Sequence record: NC_101838.1 | DNA: 64,000 nucleotides | Reading direction: 5' to 3' (one strand) | DNA from: a phage | Shown here: positions 57,256 to 64,000 of the stretch, one piece after another | How the letters are laid out: each line of letters starts with the position of its first letter | Numbering within the stretch: position 1 is the stretch's first letter | Translations under genes and position numbers: made by a program | The notes under the pieces: generated by a model | Database searches by the model: none | Seen by the model: the letters and a program-made list of their open reading frames with translations, nothing else | Told to the model about the DNA's origin: nothing

Positions 57256-57284
57256 TTGACATCTGCCAGGTGGTGGGGTAGCAT
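57256..57284 (+). promoter_or_regulatory. sigma70-like promoter
   Basis: TTGACA - 17 nt - TAGCAT; G-rich leader hairpin follows. Confidence 0.35.
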
Positions 57285-57339
57285 TTATCTCGAAGGGGGC
57301 AAAAGCGCCCACACAACAACTGGAAGAGAGGAAAACGCC

Positions 57340-57612
57340 ATGTTAAGCTGGATTAACCAAGAAGTTGAATCACGTTTTAATGCTATTTGGGATCTCATCG
57401 AAAAAGAGGACGGAACATCAAGCCCTTATCTCAATAATCTTGAATTCCATTTCGTGGAAGCGATGAACGCAGAACATGATCACGAAGGTGGTGCGGATGA
57501 ATTCGCTAAAGGATATGGCTTCAACAATGCCAACGAAATGATCGAGGCGGTTGTACTCCAGGCTGAGGAAGATTATCAATTAAAAACGCTTGAATTCTGC
57601 CGCCGTAAGTAA
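57340..57612 (+). CDS. hypothetical acidic protein (90 aa)
   Basis: ATG after GAAGAGAGGAAAA within ORF 57256..57612. Confidence 0.5.
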   Translation: MLSWINQEVESRFNAIWDLIEKEDGTSSPYLNNLEFHFVEAMNAEHDHEGGADEFAKGYGFNNANEMIEAVVLQAEEDYQLKTLEFCRRK

Positions 57613-57674
57613 TAAGATAATGACACGGGCCAAAAGGCCCACTAAACAAAAACCACATAAAGAGGAAAAACATC

Positions 57675-57938
57675 ATGAAACGCCTTGATCAGCTCAAATT
57701 AGTTCAATATATGGCTTATCGTGTTCTTGAAGTCCAGAAAGGTAGCAAAAAAGAGGTTTGCGAGAAAGCTTATAAGATCTTCACTCGCAAAAAAGATGAC
57801 TGGATGCTGCGCCAGACTAAAAAGGCTGACATCTTGGGGTACCTGGAAGAAGAGATCCGCCTTGAAGAGCAAGAAGAGATCCGCCGTAGTGAGGCAGATT
57901 ATCAGGCAGCTTGGGAAAACTGGATGAGCAACAAATAA
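57675..57938 (+). CDS. hypothetical protein (87 aa)
   Basis: AAAGAGGAAAA SD. Confidence 0.5.
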   Translation: MKRLDQLKLVQYMAYRVLEVQKGSKKEVCEKAYKIFTRKKDDWMLRQTKKADILGYLEEEIRLEEQEEIRRSEADYQAAWENWMSNK

Positions 57939-58003
57939 TACAACAAGTTACGGTCAGGGGGTAATAAAGCCCCTTGATCACATAAAAATTATGCTATCCC
58001 TGG

Positions 58004-58032
58004 TTGACAGGGATCGGCAGTTTTGCTATATT
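58004..58032 (+). promoter_or_regulatory. sigma70-like promoter
   Basis: TTGACA - 17 nt - TATATT. Confidence 0.5.
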
Positions 58033-58081
58033 CTTTTTTGAAGGGAAGTTGTAAGAAAATTAACTAAGAGGTAAAAACACC

Positions 58082-58501
58082 ATGAACATTAAATCTAATA
58101 ATCCGGCATATAGCTTTGATAACGCTTTTTGTCACGGTCCGGCGGCGAAAGGATTCGAAATCGATGGTAAACTAATTATTGTCAATGTTGACGGGGAAGA
58201 GGTTGCAGTATATCCGGTGGCAGACGTAAAAAGCCGTTTACAATGCCGCATGGATGTTACCGCCTATCAGCTTGATCCGGTTCGCATAGTTGCCCTGGTC
58301 CTGGAAGAAGAAATTAAAGCCATGCACCATAGCAACAGGTTTATTGGTGACGCTCAGGATAATATGAAGGTGTGCCGCCATAAAGTTAATGAAGTGCTTA
58401 AAGAGTACGGCTATAAAGATCTTATGATCAAACGTGATGAAAAATTCCGCTACCGTAACGACCTGGCAAATCGGATTTTTGAAATATACGAATCATTATA
58501 A
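58082..58501 (+). CDS. hypothetical protein (139 aa)
   Basis: TAAGAGG SD. Confidence 0.55.
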   Translation: MNIKSNNPAYSFDNAFCHGPAAKGFEIDGKLIIVNVDGEEVAVYPVADVKSRLQCRMDVTAYQLDPVRIVALVLEEEIKAMHHSNRFIGDAQDNMKVCRHKVNEVLKEYGYKDLMIKRDEKFRYRNDLANRIFEIYESL

Positions 58502-58519
58502 TTTTTTAACTGAATTATC

Positions 58520-58545
58520 AAGGGGCTTAGCCCCTTTCTTTTTGT
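58520..58545 (+). terminator. intrinsic terminator ending the rightward small-gene module
   Basis: AAGGGGC-TTA-GCCCCTT followed by TCTTTTTGT. Confidence 0.6.
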
Positions 58546-59149
58546 CTGCTCTTCCCCCTACCATAAACGGCCCTACCTGGAAAGTGGAATAATTGACGAG
58601 CCATCAATCCCACACACTGTACAAACATACATGTAAAATAGCTATTGCATAACCTTTCATTGTGTGGTAGCGGTGCTATTTTTTACCAGTTTTCCTTCCA
58701 AAATTGCACGTAATGCAGCTATTGCATAAATTTTAACCTGATGCATATCTTCAATATCTTGTCAACAAATAAAAATTCTTATAAGTCATACACTTATACC
58801 CCCACAAAAGCGTTCTCTACGTGAAAAATCGGGCATAACTATAGCCGCCAGATCTCAGAATTTACGTACGCTCGCCATTCTATAGCCTGCTAAGTATTTA
58901 TTCCAACCATAGAATAATGGAATAGTCAATACCTGAATAAAATAATTATTCGTTTAAACTGCATAACATAAATCAGCTCAGGTGTCAACATTTTTCGTAA
59001 ACAGTCTTAAATTGTCACTGTGAGTTATCATAAACAGAGAAATCTTTAGTCGTCTAATGTTTACTGTACGTTACTATACTGACTGGAATCATTAGATGAC
59101 TAATAGAAAGATAAGAAATAATTAACGATACAATTATTTTACCTGTAAC

Positions 59150-59400
59150 AATAAGGCAACTATGCAAACGAATGGCATGGCGCGACGGAGTCGCGACATA
59201 ATATAAAAGCAGTAACCATCACCCCCGTGATAGTTTGTCTGCAAACTATTAATCAGATCATAGTTGCCTTGTATTTAGTTAATCATGACATAACAAGCAA
59301 GGCAACTATAGATCTTCTAATAGTTGCCCTGCTTTTATATTATGTCATGCTAATTATAATCAGTGCGATTATTGTCATGCAAACGAATGGCATGGCTTAT
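59150..59400. repeat. non-coding region of nested direct and inverted repeats
   Basis: 20-bp direct repeat ATGCAAACGAATGGCATGGC at 59162 and 59377; 18-bp inverted repeat GACATAATATAAAAGCAG at 59195 / 59329; GGCAACTAT in alternating orientation 4 times; palindrome CGCGAC-GGA-GTCGCG. Confidence 0.5.
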
Positions 59401-59458
59401 CATCTCTGTGTAAACAATCTATGCGTGAACAGTGAAACATGAAATAATAACAGTCGTT

Positions 59459-59515
59459 ATTGTGTCAAGTATTCCGATTGTGTCACCATTGTGTCTAAAG
59501 TGTCATATTGTGTCA
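59459..59515. repeat. iteron array: 5 copies of (T/A)TTGTGTCA at about 10-bp spacing
   Basis: TATTGTGTCA 59459, GATTGTGTCA 59477, CATTGTGTCT 59487, AAAGTGTCA 59497, TATTGTGTCA 59506. Confidence 0.5.
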
Positions 59516-60089
59516 GACAAGTTTTTCTCCTCTTTGTCAAGTGCTGCATGAAAAATTTACAAACTGGTATGGTAGCATTTTTGCGGACCTGTTTACATTC
59601 AGGAGTGTATGTATAATCCTTGTTGTGTGGGCGTTTATACGTCTGGACGGTCAGAAGTCTGCAGGTTAATATCTAATCTATTGGCTGCTAACTATATCCC
59701 ACACAAATGATAAGAAATATAATTGTTATATGCGTAAACTGTAACTCATGTTATCAATCCCTGTATGGATCGCCAGTGGTGCGCATAATGGGTATTATGT
59801 TAAATTGCCCGTAATGATAAAGGTTCTCACAATGATAGGTATTCTCATTCACCCTCACAAAATAGATTGCAAATGTTGTGCCACTGTGTGAACGGCCTCA
59901 CCTATTAATTTGCCTCACTGCCTCGATATTTGAGAATTATTATAAGAATGAGAAGTATTCCCATTCCGTCCGCCTGGCAGCACTCCTGTAGGTCCTGCAA
60001 GGACTCTAGCTTTCAGCTAGACCCTTCGGGCCTCCCTGTAGGTCAGGTCAAAATCGGGGTAGAATTGGGCCTATTCAGATATTTCTGGC

Positions 60090-60330
60090 TGACTCTTCAG
60101 GTCTGTGTGGGAAAAGCCAACCTCTCCGGCGGGGCAGGGGGATATCTGCGGGAAAATTGCAGGTCAATTAAAAAATTTACGTGGTATATGAAGCGCTCTT
60201 CAGGTAAGGCATGTATTATGGGATGAAACCCTCTTCAGGCAATGATATTTGTGGGTGTGATATTTGCTGGAAAGCCAGATATGACGGGACTCCCGGCGGG
60301 GCAGGGGTGGTACAGACAGGGAAAATATGA
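60090..60330. repeat. two degenerate tandem units carrying CTCTTCAGG and CCGGCGGGGCAGGGG motifs
   Basis: CTCTTCAGG at about 60095, 60197, 60232 (and 60645); CTCCGGCGGGGCAGGGGG at 60124 and CTCCCGGCGGGGCAGGGG at 60291. Confidence 0.4.
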
Positions 60331-61005
60331 AGGATGTGGTTGGGTAGATTGATCAGACAGGTAGAGTATGGAATATGTTACAAGTATGTTAAATATGGAG
60401 GTTGAATATCTGTAGGATTTGTGTGTAAAATCAAAGACTTAAGTGGTGTTGTGGTATTTTCTATAAATAATTCAAGTTTAATAGGCAATATTTGTCTCTA
60501 TCCGCTTTGTGTGGTAAACAGATTCAGATTAGATTGGTTTACAAGTGTATACATAATATACAAATTAAAGATACAAGAAACCCCCCCTCCCCCCTTCGGC
60601 TACCATTCACCTTTTCCTCTGACTGGTACTTAAACACTTATTCAGACTCTTCAGGTTATCACCCATATATCATATGGCAGTGACTGGTGTCCTCCGGCCC
60701 CTCTTTCGTCACCCGTCCGCTTCGCCATGCTAATGCCATAGCTAATGGTTCGGTTGTTCACCCTGTTCACTCAGGTGTATCTCTATACCCCTTCAAACCG
60801 AAGAGAACAGAAAACCCGAATTACTCGGTAAAAGAAAAGAGAAGAACTTAATTTTATCAGGATAGGCAAGAATGTCAAGGTATGACTGCTCACTAAACAA
60901 GCAAACAGTCATGTGTGGGAGGTAAGTGATTGTGGTGGTAGGAAATTTAGTTGAAAGATGTGTTATAGGTGCTTCCAGCACTTTAGCCGGGCAGCTAATT
61001 GTGTG

Positions 61006-61221
61006 TCAGTCCAGCGGTTCATCCTCTACTTCACTGAAATCAATGTTCATGGTCTCTTCCCAACCATCGATCTCAGCACAAGAGTGGAGTTCTTTAGGGT
61101 TTACTCCCAAAGCCTCAGCAACAGAGTCTATATTTAACACCTCTGGCAGGTATGATTCATCGAATTCAAGGTAAATCAGGCCACGAGTGTTGTCAGCTCC
61201 ACCAAATATCTCTATCTTCAT
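61006..61221 (-). CDS. hypothetical acidic protein (71 aa)
   Basis: GAGGAG SD upstream on minus strand. Confidence 0.45.
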   Translation of the reverse strand: MKIEIFGGADNTRGLIYLEFDESYLPEVLNIDSVAEALGVNPKELHSCAEIDGWEETMNIDFSEVEDEPLD

Positions 61222-61342
61222 AAAATCTCCTCTGGGAATGAAAGTGTGAACAGGGTTTTATACGTTCTAATGCACAGGAATTATACACGTTTGCCTCTTC
61301 AGGCCATGCTTTAGCATGAGGAACCTGTGTGGGCTCGGTGCT

Positions 61343-61555
61343 TCATAGTCTACCACCTCTGAACTCTTCGTGCTCAGGCATAATAGAGAACCAGATATCT
61401 ACGATGTCTTCCCACGTTAGGTCATCAGCCTCAGGATCTACCTGGAGCGAAGATGGAGAATCTTCAGAATCTAAGTTTTCCTCTTTCACTGGCTCAGCCA
61501 AGGGACATATAGTCACTCCTTTGGATGTCTCTTCAGATGCATGTGTGTTTATCAT
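61343..61555 (-). CDS. hypothetical acidic protein (70 aa)
   Basis: ORF track; start uncertain. Confidence 0.35.
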   Translation of the reverse strand: MINTHASEETSKGVTICPLAEPVKEENLDSEDSPSSLQVDPEADDLTWEDIVDIWFSIMPEHEEFRGGRL

Positions 61556-61687
61556 GTTCCACCCGTGAGTATTCCGGCAACAGCCGCTATGGACGTAATG
61601 ATCATCAGGATCACCACTAAAACTTCGGACAATGTTCTCATTGTGTACTCCATATTCTACAAACTATGTGTGGATACTATCACTGGA

Positions 61688-61723
61688 TCGGTAATGTGTC
61701 AACAGTCGGTAATGTGTCAACAG
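61688..61723. repeat. perfect tandem duplication of 18-bp unit TCGGTAATGTGTCAACAG
   Basis: Two adjacent identical units; core TGTGTCA shared with the 59.46 kb iterons; intergenic between leftward genes. Confidence 0.5.
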
Positions 61724-61933
61724 AAACGCCGCGAGGGTTTGGTTAAAATCCGAGCGTATGGTGATTTGGGTCAAAACGGACGTGCGTTCTCGCTACGCTC
61801 GAAATATGGAGTTGTTTGTAGGGAGCTCTTAAACGCTCTGTAATGAGATTAACTGCCCAAGGTATGCAATCGTGCACCAGATAAAGAAAAGGACGCCACA
61901 GAGCGTCCTAGGTGTCTTAAATTTGATATTTTG

Positions 61934-62245
61934 CTATACCCACGAGGGCTTATCAAGGTTGGAGTAGCTGAAAGGTGTCAAAAGGTGACTGTCAAAATCT
62001 CTCAAACTATCCAAATCTTTTTCCTCGTCCTGACACCATCTGTGCCTACATTTGTTGTTGTAGTGCATGGAATGCATAGCGTTCTGCAACTTAACAGGCA
62101 CAAGTGATTCAGGAGTAGATAGTATTGTTGGGTATGCCAGAACCACCTCAAACAGTGGAAACACATCGAAACTAAAGTCTACCTCTGCAGAGGTTGATGG
62201 CATGTAGGAGTATTTAGCCGCCTTTGTAGACATAATCCACCTCAC
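61934..62245 (-). CDS. hypothetical protein (103 aa)
   Basis: ORF track. Confidence 0.4.
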   Translation of the reverse strand: MRWIMSTKAAKYSYMPSTSAEVDFSFDVFPLFEVVLAYPTILSTPESLVPVKLQNAMHSMHYNNKCRHRWCQDEEKDLDSLRDFDSHLLTPFSYSNLDKPSWV

Positions 62246-62574
62246 ACAGGTTTGATAATACCTTCACCGAATAGCTCTTCGTATCTAATCTTGTCCGGAT
62301 CCCACTCCTGGATAATTTCGAAGACAATATCCAACCCAGGGACAATCACTTCTCCAGTGTCAAGCTTAGCAAGAACAAAACCGGAAGGTTGAATGGTTTC
62401 CCAGTTACGGCGATCAGAATAAAATACTTCGAAAATATCACCAACCTCAATCCGTTTCTGTTGCTCAAGATGCTCAAGGTTCTCTTTCATACGGATGCAG
62501 CGTATTTTTCGTGCAGGCCATAGACCACCTGCATCACGTTCATTCAATTCTTTTACAGTGATCGGTATACCCAT
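62242..62574 (-). CDS. hypothetical protein (110 aa)
   Basis: ORF track; 4-nt overlap with downstream gene. Confidence 0.45.
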   Translation of the reverse strand: MGIPITVKELNERDAGGLWPARKIRCIRMKENLEHLEQQKRIEVGDIFEVFYSDRRNWETIQPSGFVLAKLDTGEVIVPGLDIVFEIIQEWDPDKIRYEELFGEGIIKPV

Positions 62575-62629
62575 CTCAAATCTCCTTCATAGATAGTAAA
62601 AAGAGGGGCCCAAGCCCCTCTATTTGTCA

Positions 62630-62935
62630 TTATTCTACAGAGCGTTTGAACAGAATGTCTGCCTCGGACATGTGCTCAACCTCTTCTTCGATTTTAGCTC
62701 GACGTTTTTCAGCCTCATAGCGAATATCGAACTCGGTAGCCACCAGAGATTTGATGAATTTAGGAGAATACAGGTGATCCTGCTTCTCAACGAGAATGAT
62801 ATCCTTAATGGCATCTTTCAGATCTTTAATCTGAAGTTGGAGTTCCACCAGTTCTTCGATTGTCTTGCGAAGGCGATCACGCTCTGCAGTGTCAGAAGGA
62901 AGAGAGGTGAACAGTTCAACTTTAGATTTAGCCAT
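62630..62935 (-). CDS. hypothetical coiled-coil protein (101 aa)
   Basis: ORF track. Confidence 0.45.
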   Translation of the reverse strand: MAKSKVELFTSLPSDTAERDRLRKTIEELVELQLQIKDLKDAIKDIILVEKQDHLYSPKFIKSLVATEFDIRYEAEKRRAKIEEEVEHMSEADILFKRSVE

Positions 62936-62963
62936 AGTAAGAGTCTCCTTATGTTGTTTTAAA

Positions 62964-63281
62964 TTAACGTTCTACAAAAATACCGTTCAGTTCAATAACC
63001 AGGAATTTCTGGTCTTCACTGTCGTCTCGTGCCAGCACCTCACAGACGTATCGGTCATCTCCATCATCATCGCAGTCAAATACAAGACTGAGGACTTTAT
63101 CATGATAAACCTTCGCCACTACCGCCTCGTAAGTATTGCCGATTGTGAATCCAAGATAATCTCCGATGCATTTGACAACAACATGGTCGCCAGCATTCAA
63201 GTCAATCTTCGTCATTACTGCGCTCCTTGGGTAATAATACTGTATGTAAAACTTTAACCAGAGATGTGAATAACGCCCCAA
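62964..63281 (-). CDS. hypothetical protein (105 aa)
   Basis: ORF track. Confidence 0.45.
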   Translation of the reverse strand: MGRYSHLWLKFYIQYYYPRSAVMTKIDLNAGDHVVVKCIGDYLGFTIGNTYEAVVAKVYHDKVLSLVFDCDDDGDDRYVCEVLARDDSEDQKFLVIELNGIFVER

Positions 63282-63370
63282 AACACACCGATAGCGCTAA
63301 AACAGACAAGGCCATCATTAAAGCTTCAGTAAAATCAGTCACTCCTCACCTCTTGTTAGTCACTATACTG

Positions 63371-63634
63371 TCATTTATCCTTGCCGTCAAGAACTTTTTT
63401 AAATCTTTCAGGGATATCGCCTGTTCTTAGATAGCTCATGACCTCACAAGGTTCCCACTTGAATTTCTTACAAAGCAGGGCGGCTGAGATTGTTTCATTG
63501 CGAAAAGAAAGGATATTAATATCCCATTCTGAGAACCCCAACTTCCGAAGGGTAGCTACAGAAATCCTCACCGCAACCCAGCAGCAAAAACATGCAACAA
63601 ACGCCACTGCTATAACCCACATCAGGATGTTCAT
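63371..63634 (-). CDS. membrane protein (87 aa)
   Basis: Hydrophobic N-terminal helix; ORF track. Confidence 0.4.
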   Translation of the reverse strand: MNILMWVIAVAFVACFCCWVAVRISVATLRKLGFSEWDINILSFRNETISAALLCKKFKWEPCEVMSYLRTGDIPERFKKVLDGKDK

Positions 63635-63723
63635 ACAAGCACCTCACTGAAATACAAGACACAGTGTTAAGGTTACAGACCAGCAAATAATTAACAGTGC
63701 CGTTGCAACCTTGGCAAGATTTA

Positions 63724-64000
63724 TCATAGTGCCTCTAAGATTTCATATCCTTCGGGTCGGAATACAAGCCACTCCGTGGCTCCGTTTGGTCGATACGCTT
63801 TATACAGAACAACCTGATCTCGGCACATGCACATAGCTACATAGTTTTCATCCACACCTGCAGCCTGCATTGCAGCTTCTTCTCCGGCAACTGCTTTGCT
63901 TACAACCTCCTTAGTAGGCAGGTGTGCGATCAGCTCGTCACCATCATTAATTCCAAAATGGCTGAGTTCTCCATTGGTATCTTTAATCTTAATCTTAACC
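63724..64000 (-). CDS. hypothetical protein, 5'-truncated at window end
   Basis: Minus-strand frame open from window end to TGA at 63726-63724 (92 codons). Confidence 0.4.
   Translation of the reverse strand, partial: VKIKIKDTNGELSHFGINDGDELIAHLPTKEVVSKAVAGEEAAMQAAGVDENYVAMCMCRDQVVLYKAYRPNGATEWLVFRPEGYEILEAL

Noticed and set aside
59227-61174. Predicted ORFs in the 58.5-61 kb region (59227..59442, 59930..60226, 60421..60633, 60492..60683, 60793..60981, 60926..61174)
   Set aside because: No SD, low-complexity translations, and they overlap the repeat arrays; more likely non-coding.
1-64000. tRNA or rRNA genes
   Set aside because: No T-loop-like GTTCGAATC/GGTTCGA signatures or cloverleaf-compatible segments were seen in the intergenic regions, and no rRNA-like stretches; tRNAscan was not run, so a divergent tRNA cannot be fully excluded.

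Overview
This window looks like part of a large virulent tailed-phage genome from an enterobacterial host; there are no rRNA, tRNA, CRISPR, integrase or transposase signals. It is organised into five blocks. (1) 1-14.8 kb, + strand: tail and baseplate genes, including two paralogous tail fibers with P2 gpH-like C-termini, a third fiber-like protein, and a giant RCC1-repeat adhesin-like gene interrupted by one in-frame TAG. (2) 14.85-21.5 kb, - strand: small genes including a HAD phosphatase and a VWA/metallopeptidase-like protein. (3) 21.7-47.5 kb, + strand: MoxR/CobS-like ATPase, SleB-like hydrolase, rIIA/rIIB, Dda-like helicase, two DNA methyltransferases, primase-helicase, family A DNA polymerase, SSB, a macro-domain protein and a tandem family of small paralogs. 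(4) 47.5-58.5 kb: an iteron-rich non-coding stretch followed by about 30 small + strand genes, most with their own sigma70-like promoter, a GC-rich 5' leader hairpin and a strong SD, interspersed with a conserved 45-bp palindromic element. (5) 58.5-61 kb: a 2.5 kb non-coding zone of iterons and inverted repeats where transcription converges, then leftward small genes to the window end. The most unusual signals are the repeat architecture around the small-gene module, a 27-bp perfect inverted repeat spanning the start codons of two divergent genes, and the in-frame stop in the giant fiber gene. All functional calls rest on motifs read by eye from the translations; no database search was run.
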